Below, piece after piece: positions 53,755-64,000 of a stretch of 64,000 nucleotides of DNA (positions are counted from its first letter, which is position 1; each line of letters starts with the position of its first letter). The notes below the pieces were generated by a model. The model saw only the letters and a list, made by a program, of their open reading frames with translations. It made no database searches and was not told the origin of the DNA. The translations under genes and the position numbers were made by a program. The stretch covers positions 74,276,001 through 74,340,000 of the forward strand of contig NC_043000.1 of assembly GCF_006345805.1 (NCBI RefSeq). The letters are read 5' to 3'. The DNA comes from Octopus sinensis (lineage: Eukaryota).

Positions 53755-54430
53755 TCAGCAGTGATATGTCTTCATATGCTTAATTGTTTCATCTACCAAA
53801 GTACTATCGATTAGGATAGCTGGTCTTTCAGTTTGGTCAACACTGGGCAGATTCGTCTCCTCCCATTCATTCTCCAGTCTGTCATAATAGCATTTCCAAG
53901 CCTCTTTCTTTGCAGGATCATTAAATGCAAGTGCAGATGAATAGGTTATTTTCATCATAGAACTCCTGTAGCCTTGTTCCCTCTTCATTTCCATGAACCC
54001 CACATGCACCATGGATGATACCAGGCATGCCGCCTGACATGCCCATTGAAATCCCCAGCCATGAAAATGAGATCATTGTCACTCGTCTTTGAGGCAGCCT
54101 GCTGAAGAATATCATAAAAGCGGTCCTTTTGTTCATTTGGTAGACCCGTTTGGGGGTGCATCGGCATAATTGTCGCTATCCAATTCTGCAAAACTAGCCT
54201 GAGCTTAAGCACTCTATTGCACATTCTGACTACCTCCATCGCCTTATCCACCCATTTCTCTGCAAGAAGTATGCCTACACCACCTACCCTGTTGCTGTTA
54301 CTTTCCCAGAAAATATTATACCTATGTGTGTTGCCTGTGAGGAACCTGGCTGAAGCTCCTCTCCACTTCTTGAATGTAACATACATCAACATGCCTCCGT
54401 TCAAGCATCTCCACAATCTCATTAGACCTA
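53755..54430 (-). mobile_element. Old RTE LINE fragment (APE region)
   Basis: GGVGILLAEKW, QKDRFYD.L, AGDFNGHV, NEEGTRL; same family as 1-4303. Confidence 0.82.
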
Positions 54431-54590
54431 TTAAGATTGTTGAGATGCTTAAATGGAGGTATGTTGTTGCATTATTTTTGTCCCAAAGTGGAATCTAACT
54501 ACAGATAAATTGAGATAAATTCAGCAAAATATAAAATTATTTAAATTCTGTTCAATATTATCAGCGAAAAATGAGTAATTAGCTAATATT

Positions 54591-54975
54591 CTGGCTCGGG
54601 TGTGGCTGTGCGGTTAGAAACTTGCTTCTCAAACACATGGTTCCGATTTCAGTTTCACTGCGTGGTACCTTTGGCAAGTGTCATCTGCTATAGCCATGTG
54701 CTGACCAAAGCCTTGTGGGTGGATTTCGCAGACAGAAACTGAAAGAAGCCTGTTGTGATGTATGTGTGTGTGTGTCAGTGTTTGTCCTCCACCACCGCTT
54801 GACAGCCAGCTGTAGTTTATATCCCTGTAACTTAGTAGTTTGGCAAAAGGAACCGATGAATGAGTACTAGGCTTCATAAGATAATAAGTCCTAGGGTCAA
54901 TTTGTTTGATGAAAACCCTTTAAACCATTGCCCCAGCATGGCTGGAATCAAATTACTGAAACAAGTAAAAGATTC
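54591..54975 (+). mobile_element. tRNA-derived CORE-type SINE
   Basis: Homologous to 38980-39357 along its length; splits the piggyBac copy at attc|aattg. Confidence 0.82.
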
Positions 54976-55357
54976 AATTGAGTATACAACAAAATTTTAA
55001 TACAGAATTGCACGCATTATTGGATTATTTATCAGTTTGTAATTCTGGATAACTTTCTCATGATAATGTTGATAGCAAAAAAATGCGCAGGTTTGTTCTT
55101 TGTTTATATTCTGTGTAACAGTAAGTTTATGCAGTGATCACTTCAAACAAACTTAAGAGGAAAAAGAATAATAAATAAACTAATGACTTCATTGTCTTGG
55201 AATGACTGTAGATAGGTCCAGTCTCTTCTAAGAAAATCAGTTTTGAAATGATTATTCCATTCAGATACAAATTCATAGTCTTTATTGCTATCAGAGTTGT
55301 CAGAATCACTTGTTTCACTTTTAGAAATCAAAATTTATACAGTTCTATATTTAAGAG

Positions 55358-55861
55358 ATGAAGAATTGTTTACATTATTTACATTTGACGGATATTTGTC
55401 CTCATCTTGTTTGTTGTTAACACAACATTTTGGCTGATATACCATCCTGTGGGATGAAGTTAAAATAATAGAGAACACCACTGGAAAATACGAAAAGAGC
55501 AGCACATATTCTAGGACACAACAACCTCCTAAGCAGACCGAGTGCAGATATGAGTAGCATATGGGAACTGGTATTAAGGAAGGATAGGAAAATATTTGAT
55601 TTATAAGCCCTAAAATTCACTCCATAATTGCCCATGTGGTTAAGAACGTGAGCTACAAACCCCAAGATTCCGAGTTCGATTCCAGGCAGTGACCTGAATA
55701 ATAATAACATCAAAAAATAGAAATGAAAACTCAGGTTTGAAATTTTCCCAAGACACCTGATGAAGGCTGTAGGGTATATCAGCTGAAACGTGTTAACATC
55801 AAACAAGATGAAGACAAATATCTGTCAAATGTAAATAATGTAAGTAATCCAATTCTTAATC
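55358..55861 (+). mobile_element. Non-coding fold-back element with tRNA-like A/B boxes and hammerhead motif
   Basis: Inverted arms about 55358-55447 / 55768-55861; A box about 55628-55639, B box gagttcgattcc 55672-55683; acac-ctgatga-aggctg..cagct-gaaacgt at 55753-55795. Confidence 0.62.
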
Positions 55862-56565
55862 ACACATGTATCTTTTATGTTCACCATATACATTTTAGTA
55901 GATTTTTCCAGGTTTTCTTTTGAAAAATCATTCAGAATTCAGATTGATGATATGAAAATGGTATCCAATTTTTGCCCATAGTAAAAAATTTCAGAAAATT
56001 GATGTGGAAAAAAACTCCTCCAAAATTCACAGATCTCAGTTATCACATCAACTGTAACTTAAATTTTCAATGAGTAAAACCAGTTGTTTTTGCAAATCTA
56101 CTAATGAGATATGAACTAAAATTCTCATTTAAATATGAACCAGTTATCTTGGATGGATTTGGGTGGGTTGTTTTAGGCAGCTTTGTAATAAAATGGTTGA
56201 ATTTTATAAAAAAATACAATAAATGTGGGAGTGATACCTAAAAGGATATTTTAAAAACTGCATAATCTATGCTGTAAATTATTATATATTAACATCTACT
56301 TTTCCATCTTACAATGTATTGCATAGGCTATACAGCCCATGTCTGGTTATTATTATACATTTTCATCTTGTTAGACCTGATCTTCTGAAGTCCAGTATAT
56401 CTTGGTATTAACTTTTTATTAACATGTCCATGAACACCCATATAAACATGTTCAAATTTAAGTAAGAATACTCATTTAAATTTCATTACTGCATTAGTGA
56501 TGGTGATGATAACAATGACATTAGTTTTATTTGGAACTTCATTGGATCACTTTTTTTTTTTTCAG

Positions 56566-56665
56566 CACCTTTTTACTTTGACCCACACATATCTACTGAT
56601 GTTTAAAATAAATGAAACTCAGTATTATCTTCTTAGTGAACTGTTCCACTGCTGTTTTACTAATG
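56566..56665 (+). CDS. NCAPG2: NCAPG2 exon (HLFTLTHTYLLMFKINETQYYLLSELFHCCFTN)
   Basis: Poly-T cag acceptor, G|gtttgt donor, 100 nt phase 0-1, bridging the phases of the flanking exons and of the expected length. Confidence 0.7.
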
Positions 56666-57309
56666 GTTTGTATACAATTCACTATATCTCTGATTCACTC
56701 CTTAATTAAAAAATATTCTGTATTTGTGCTTGTATCTGAACTAACTGTTAACTACTGTTACTGACTAAGTGAAATTTGTTTTGAAACCACTTCCTATTTC
56801 ATTGGTGAATGACTAAACTGGCCATATCTGGCAAAAATATTCTATGTGTTTCAAACTGGCCAAATCCAGCCTCTCACATTCCCTACAATGTCATTCTAAA
56901 AACAATCACATCATCAAAGTCTTGAAGCTATGAGATAATGCATGATTAATTTTAAACAATGGAAATAAATAAGCATTGCATTTGACAGAGTAATCTGAAT
57001 GCTAAAGGGTTAAATCAATGGATAAGTTAAGACCTAGTTGATAATTCACAATCTTGCCTTCTTTTCCCTACATGGGTGCATGAATAAAGGCTTCTGAAAG
57101 ATGTGACAGACACTTTATATATCATTGCTTAGCAACTGCACACTTTCATTCAGTTAAGGAGATTAACATACAGTAGTATTCTTTATGTTCACAATTTGTT
57201 AAGATAATCTCATTGCATAAAATCCAAATTTAATAGCTGTAGAGAGGAATTGAATACTCCAACTTCTTTCATGTGCAGATCTTTTTACAGAATTTAATCT
57301 CTTTCTCAA

Positions 57310-58112
57310 TAATATATATAAATATAAATTCTATAATTATGAGTATAATTATAATTAGGGTTCAGCAAAATTTGCTTCACCACATACCGAAATTTAGAAA
57401 TAGCAGTTAAACTACTATTCTGCTATCATAAGATATCCCTCAGACAGCAATACTCAACAACTCACGCAGGTAAAGAGAAAAAAATAACGAATCCACCCGG
57501 CTCTGACGCGTTTCAGAGTTAGAGAGATGTGCAAAATGTAAAATCATATTTCTATTCACTCATTCTCTCCATCAGTACAGTATTTCAAATTTTAAATTTG
57601 GGTGCCCTGATAATTAACATACGCATTTGATCAAGCGTCATCAAATAGCATATATCCAAAAACCAATACTTCCGAACTCAAACAGACGAATGAGATCTCG
57701 TATTTCTCCTCACTCACCCACATGTGCAAACAAGTAAAATTCCACAGAAACTGCTGTTTACAAGAAAATTATATTGTCAATAATAATAAAGGGTAAAATT
57801 AATTAATAATTTTACCAAGTAGTCCAGTATGTTAAAAGAGCCGTTATCAGTAAACTTATACAAAAATTCTATACTTATGAGTGTAATTATAATTAGGGTT
57901 CAGCAAAATTTGCTTCACCACATACCTAAATTTAGAAATAGCAGTTAAACTACTATTCTGCTACCATAAGATATCTCCCACGCAGCAATATTCAACAATT
58001 ATGTTCATAATTATCGAACTTTTGTATAAGTTTACTGATAACGGTTCTTTTAACATACCAAACTACTTGGTAAAATTATTAATCAATTAATTAAATTTGC
58101 CCTTTATTATAT
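57310..58112 (-). mobile_element. Non-coding Penelope-type pseudo-LTR: partial tandem plus inverted copy
   Basis: Direct repeat 57326-57460 / 57864-57998 (538 bp period); inverted repeat 57782-57865 / 58020-58110; decayed hammerhead at 57499-57580; short TA flanks. Confidence 0.65.
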
Positions 58113-58393
58113 ATATGTGTGTGTATAGATCAAAACAATTTGATTTAAACTCCTTGGTACTCTGAGTTTCAAGCATGATGCTAGTCTTTGGCCATGTATA
58201 TGTACACATGTGCACAAATAAGTGTGTGCATATGTACACGAACACATGGGTGCACACATATACTGGTTTGCATGTGTATATGCATACTAGTGTGTATATA
58301 TCTGTGTATGCATATGGTGTGCAGAGGTATATGCATGTGTGTATATATACTTTTGTGGTTATGTATCAAGGGTGAGAATATGCAGATAGACAG

Positions 58394-58982
58394 GCATGCA
58401 GAAGTATTGGAGATTGGTAATTTGTAGTGCTGTTCATGGAGGCTAATTAGTAATGATGACCTTGGTGCAGGCAGTGCAGGGGGGCAGCTCGTACTAAGGA
58501 AGTGTATCCGGGTTGGTGACAAGTGGCTTGAAGTTTACCAGACAGTATATCTCTGGTGACAGCAATAGGATAGATCATATTTGTTGTTGGATACTGCGAG
58601 TTGGTCGTTGATGTGCAGTTTTTGTGGAGGTAATGCTGGCAATAAGGAGCGCTGGGTGATTATGGTGACACCCTGTTGATGTTGGGTGATCTTGCAGGTC
58701 ACAGAGACTCCAGAGAAAATGCAACGGGGAAGTGGAGTTCTCATTATACCTGGATCTGAATGAGTGCATGTGCTCGTGTGCGACTATTGTCGACAGGGTG
58801 CCACCATATTCACCTGGCACCCCTGATTGCTACTTCTGCTGGTAAATTTGAAGCCACTTGCTGCTGACAACCTGGATATACTCCTTAGTACCAGCTGCGC
58901 CACTGCACCAAGGTTGCCATCACCAACTAACAACCTCCATGAGCAGCACCGCAAATCACCAATCTCTAAAGCTTCTGCATGC
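58394..58982. repeat. Diverged inverted repeat (~150 bp arms) between TG/CA-rich tracts
   Basis: 58394-58545 is an imperfect reverse complement of 58837-58982. Confidence 0.7.
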
Positions 58983-59235
58983 ATGTATACATCTGTTCAC
59001 TGTATACATAGGCATGGATATGTACTCACTAGTATGCATGCACATAAGTGCTCGTATGCGTATATACGTATGGGAAAATGTGTGCATGCATGTTTGAGTG
59101 CATGTATATATTTGCATGTATATATGTGTGTACAGGTGTATGCATGGATGTGTGAATGTACACCTATGCATGCATACACACATTCACAATACAGAGCCAC
59201 ACACATAGATATATAAGCACATACATACACATATA

Positions 59236-60490
59236 CGAGGGACGTTCAATAAGTAATGCCCCTGACCCACTTGCAGTTTGATCTAGCTGAAATTTTGCAT
59301 GTGCAATTATTCATATCTTTAGAGATTAAATGGCGAATTACAGCTCTGAACTACTTGTGGTTTCTGATTTACAGGTGTTTGAACTGAGTCAAGTGTGAAA
59401 TGGAGCCTGTTGAGTGTCGAGCAGTGGTCTGGTTTTTGTATTTGAAAGGACGCACACCACAGGAGACTTTTGATGAAATGAAAGTAACTTATGGTGATGA
59501 TGCCCCATCATATGACCTTGTAAAACGCTGGCATCGTGAATTCAAACATGGCCGGAACTCTGTGGAAACAGCTCCCAGATCTGGTCGCCCCGCTTCTGCC
59601 ATTGATGAGGCATCTGTCCGTCAAGTTGAGGCTGCCATTTTGGAAGATCGACGCATAACTATTCGCCAAATAGCCCATTAGGTCAAGATTAGTACCGGGT
59701 CTGTGGAAACTATCATTCATGACCATTTGCATATGCAAAAGGTGTCTGCCAGATGGATTCCCAGGCTGCTCACACCTTTCCAGAAGCAAGAACACGTCGA
59801 GTGCTCGAGGATGAATTTGGAGATGTGCCAAGAAGATGAGTCAAAATTTTTCAAAAGACTGATTACACAGAATGAAACCTGGGTCCATCACTATGATTCA
59901 GAGACCAAAGCCCAGTCAATGCAGTGGAAGCACCGTGACTCACCTCCTCCAAAGAAGGCAAGGGTGCAGCCCTCCGCTGGCAAGGTCATGCTCACAGTCT
60001 TCTGGGACCAGGACGGAGTAGTGATGACAGATTTCCTGGCAAAGGGTACCACAATTACAGGAGCCTATTATCCTTCACTTTTGAGGAAATTAAGAGAAGC
60101 TATCAAAATCAAGAGGCGGGGCAAGATCAGCAAAGCATCCTCCTCCTGCAGGACAACGCTCCGGTCCACAACTCGCGTCTCGCCAGATCAGAAGCACAGG
60201 CGTGCGGCTATGAACTCCTCCTGATTTTCACCTCTTCCCAGCCATGAAGTTGTTTTTGAAAGGAAAGCATTTCCCAGATGATGCAACCTTGATTTCTGAA
60301 GTCACGTCGTAGTTGGAGGACCAAGCTGGGGTCTTCTACAAAAACGGTCTCCAAAGCTGCATCAAACGATGGGAGAAATGCGTAACTCTGGATGGTTCCT
60401 ATACAGAAAAAGACTAATAACTGTGCCAAGTTTCGTTGCTCTACTGTTATGGGAAGTGGGTCAGGGGCATTACTTATTGAACGCCCCTCG
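59236..60490 (+). mobile_element. Full-length mariner element with inactivated transposase
   Basis: TA TSDs at 59234 and 60491; ~37 bp TIRs cgaggg(a/g)cgttcaataagtaatgcccctgacccactt; ATG 59400, WIPRLL, KVMLTVFWD, LQDNA. Stop at 59679, first D changed to N (QNETW), frameshift near 60135, YSPDLAP region deleted. Confidence 0.95.
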
Positions 60491-60846
60491 TATGTATATG
60501 CTCACACATCTATTGCCCCCCTTCCTACTCCCTCCCCCAACCACACCACTGATTTCCTGTCCACCATGCAGCATTTTCCAAGTAATTGTTGTCGCTGAAA
60601 TACCATCAAACTCTGACACCATATGACCTTTTTTGACCAATTGTAGGCTAACATCTGGTAATAAACATTTGGCTTTCTTCATTCAAATTCCTATAGCCAA
60701 AGACTAGCATCATGCTTTAAACTCAGAGTTGGAAGGAGTTTGAATCAAACTGTTTTGATCCATGAATGTAACTCCCAATAACTGTGTTGAATGCTCTTCT
60801 TTTGTTTGTCTATTCACTCATGTATATTTATTTTTTCTTTATTCAG

Positions 60847-61019
60847 TGCATAGTCTTAAACTGCTTCCAATCATTATCAAATGCCTGATTCAAATTGTAT
60901 CTGTCAACTTATCCACAAATCATGATATTCAACAAACAATACATGAATCATTTAAGTTCTTATTAGAAACTCTTGTAGCATTGGCTACAAGTAAGTCTGA
61001 CACACCTACACTAACGCTG
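60847..61019 (+). CDS. NCAPG2: NCAPG2 exon (HSLKLLPIIIKCLIQI...IHESFKFLLETLVALATSKSDTPTLTL)
   Basis: ttcag acceptor phase 1; donor gtgagt at 61020 (alternative gtaagt at 60991). Resembles SLLLDILKEI...VQKVFQKMLECI. Confidence 0.75.
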
Positions 61020-61837
61020 GTGAGTGTTACTTTAATGTATTTTAAAATTCTTTTTATTGAATTTATATGTGCATGTGTATTCATACATACTAGTATTATA
61101 AATACATGGTCCGTCATAATTTGTTATTGTGATACCATTTTCAAATAATTTTTTAATTAAAGTGTAATATACAATCAAAATATTATGAAATAATATTGTA
61201 CAAAATGTATATGCACACATTTCATTTCAGAAATATGGGTTAGTTACTATTTCAGAAATAGTAATGTTAAAACATTGTTGTACATGTCAAGCAAGCTTTT
61301 TAAAACTTCAGTATCTTCAAGGACAGTGGATGGAGGCATTCAGGAGTGGTTCTTCATCCAAGAGGATTATTTAGCAAGTAGGAGAGTACAGGTTCAATTA
61401 CTAATGCACCTAGTATCAATCAGGGTAGTGGAGTGTTACTCCATCAGTATTTCTGGATGCCATCCCCAGGTATTGTATGCTTGTTTCATGTCATTTTAAT
61501 ATCAATCAAACATCATTTGATGCATTCTAAAAGATTTAAGTTTTCTTTCATGATACATATATTGAAGATAGCTTCGATCATTGAGCTCAGTTCTGCAAGG
61601 AAATGCTAATGTTCTTTCAGAATGATAATTCAGTCAAAGGGGTAACATTTCATATGGTCAGAATCCTCAATTAACACTTTAACCACATTGTGTGCCATAT
61701 ACGGTACATGGTTAACTGTCCCAACCTGCATTGTGTACCACTATTGGTACACAGTATAAATTTTAAAAAATTTTTTAAACTGATATTTTAATAAACTCAG
61801 TTGTTGTTATATATGATTTATGTTTTAGAAATGAAGG

Positions 61838-62005
61838 ATCATCATCATCCTCACCATCATCGTTTAATGTCCACTTTCCATGCTAGTGTGGGCTGGACGA
61901 TTTTGACTGGCGAACCAGATGGCTGCACCATGCTCCAATCTTGATCTGGCAGAGTTTCTACAGCTGGATGCCTTTCCTAACACCAACCACTCCGCGAGTG
62001 TAGTG
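61838..62005 (-). mobile_element. RTE-type 3' tail / tail-derived SINE fragment (similar pieces at about 35200-35445 and 45880-46045)
   Basis: Matches 4140-4303 (gttaggaagggcatccagctgtagaaac...gcatggaaa...ttaaacgatg). Confidence 0.7.
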
Positions 62006-63345
62006 ATAATAACTAGATTTTGCAAATTTATAACATATATTCCTGTTCCATTATCAAAACTTATCAATAATAATAAAATAAAATAAGTAATAAGAAAAAG
62101 CAACTGAACAAGATGCTGGTGAGGCTTAATGGCTAAACTCAGAGATGCATTTAAAATGTTAATACTACTGTTGAGATTGTCAATACATATGTAAATTAAG
62201 AGAGTGATGTAATGATGTAAATCAATTAAAACTAATAAAAAAATAACTCAGTTATCACTACACAACTTCATCTCATTCTCAGTTAGCAAAAATGTGGGAA
62301 AATTTACTATATATTACACACACACACTCTCTCTCTCTCTCTTTGAAGGACACCAACAATTTTTTATTTTATTTTAAAATCATTGCAAGCATGACTGTGT
62401 AGTAAGAAGCTTGCTTCCCAAACACATGGTTCAGGGTTCAATCTCATTATGTGACATCTTGGGCAAGTGTCTTTTACTATAGTGTTGGAGATGTCCGGTT
62501 TACTTCCACTGCCTAGTATCTTAGGAAAATGTCTTTGAAGGTTCACCAAAGCTTTGTGGGTGGATTTGGTAGATGGAAATTGAAAGAAGCTTGTTGTGTG
62601 TGTGTGTAATGCCATAGACTGAGCTGAACATCACCATAAAACATTTTGTGTAAATGACAAATGCTCAAAAGCATCAAAATTCTATATTGCTTGACTAGAT
62701 TTAGTCAGCACTGGCAGATGGCACTACTGTGTCATGAGATTACACTGCAGTCATGAGCAGCAGAATGCCAAATGGAAAATTAGCTAATATATACACAGCC
62801 TGCTAGCTTTTCACAACACTAGCTGTTGGCCAGTATTAGTCAATATAAGTTTAACTGATTTTCTGTCTGGTATTCAGTGCTCGAAATCACACGAAACAGA
62901 TGTGTGTGCATGCATGTGTTTCTGCACCTCCTCATTTTGATATTGTGTAACACTTGTGAATAAGTGACACTGTCATACAAGTGGTATCATTTATTTCCAT
63001 TCTTCCATGAAGACATATCCAGTCATGGGAAAATATTACCTTGCTTAGAAACAAGTGAGGTTTGGTGACAGGAAGGACATCTGGCCAAAGAAAATTTGTC
63101 TCAATGAATTCTGTTTGATCTATACAAGTAAGCAAGTAGTTGCTAGAAATGATGCTTGTGCTAGTGGTGACAATGATGACATCCTCTCCTCCTTCTCCTC
63201 CTCAATTTCTCTCTTAGGGTACATACCACTTTTATATATTTTTCTTTATTTTAAATAATTGGAATTGAACCTGAAACTGTGTAGTTGCCAAACAATGTTC
63301 TTAGCTATACTGCTCCTTTTATGTCTAAATTTTTTTATTATTATT

Positions 63346-63935
63346 TAAAGTAATGACTTTTTGCCAACATAATGTGGCAGTCCCAGGATGGGACAAATGT
63401 TACTGTTTAGTCTCAGGAAACATCATTTTCAGCTGGTTTTACAACACAAAAAATTCTGTATCCTTATATTTTCAGCACAACTTTGTAACCCTGAACCAGT
63501 TTCTGGGCTATTGCCCTTTATCAGCTTGGTTGACTAGGTGTCACTACTGAACTGCTGTCGAAAATATATAGATTTCAAAGTGATACACAGTCACTGATCT
63601 ACAAAATAGAAATATTATTTCTAAATCTCTCAAAGAGAGATATACAGTAACAGCACCATAAAGTAATGACTTTTTGCCAACACAATGCAGCTATCCCAGG
63701 ATGGAATGAATGTTACTGTTATTTAGCCCCAGGAAACACCTCCACCCACCACAACCTCATATCCACAGACCGGTTTCTGGGTTTTGCCCTTTGTCAGCAT
63801 GAAGTAGCTTGGTTGGCTGGATGTCACTACTGAACTACTGTAAAAAAAAATAGAGAGATTTCAAAGTGATACACTGTTACTGATCTACACAATAGAAATA
63901 TTATTATTTCTAAATCTCTCACAGAAAGATATACA
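63346..63935 (-). repeat. Diverged tandem duplication of a ~310 bp unit, each unit with a decayed hammerhead motif
   Basis: Both units start taaagtaatgactttttgccaaca (63346, 63658). Minus-strand motif cugaYaa-aggg..ccca-gaa-acYggu in each. Confidence 0.7.
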
Positions 63936-64000
63936 ATAAATTACAAAGCTTCACTCTTGAGTTCTTTTAGTCTAGCTCTTGCAGAGAGCTTGACTAAAAT

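Larger units (their letters stand above)
54480..56250 (-). mobile_element. Old copy of the piggyBac element at 1416-2492, interrupted by two insertions
   Basis: Collinear matches: 54510-54590 with 1625-1704, 54975-55010 with 1704-1740, EETGP remnant at about 55220, attctcatttaaatatgaa at 56120 with 2387. Confidence 0.7.

Overview
This is an AT-rich, repeat-dense animal genomic window, most likely from a cephalopod (Octopus-like); that assignment rests on the CORE-type tRNA SINEs and the repeat landscape and is an inference. The only host gene I can support is NCAPG2 (condensin-II subunit G2). Eight phase-compatible GT-AG exons on the + strand lie between 33539 and 61019; the ORF track does not resolve them. 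Everything else is intronic, nested transposable elements: RTE, CR1/L2-type and Dong/R4 LINEs, several Penelope-like element (PLE) families, Helitrons, piggyBac, mariner and Tigger DNA transposons, a Gypsy remnant, a solo LTR, SINEs and long (TA)n/(CA)n/(TAA)n arrays. The most notable hidden signal is a set of type-I minimal hammerhead ribozymes (HHRs) from about six unrelated repeat families: six well-formed copies and four decayed ones. Wherever stem III is intact it is a short palindrome, the dimer-dependent type. They include a U3-A8 core variant, an apparently endonuclease-less PLE, a non-coding tRNA-promoter plus hammerhead element, and a tandem retrozyme-like repeat. All coordinates and identities were read by eye; no searches were run.
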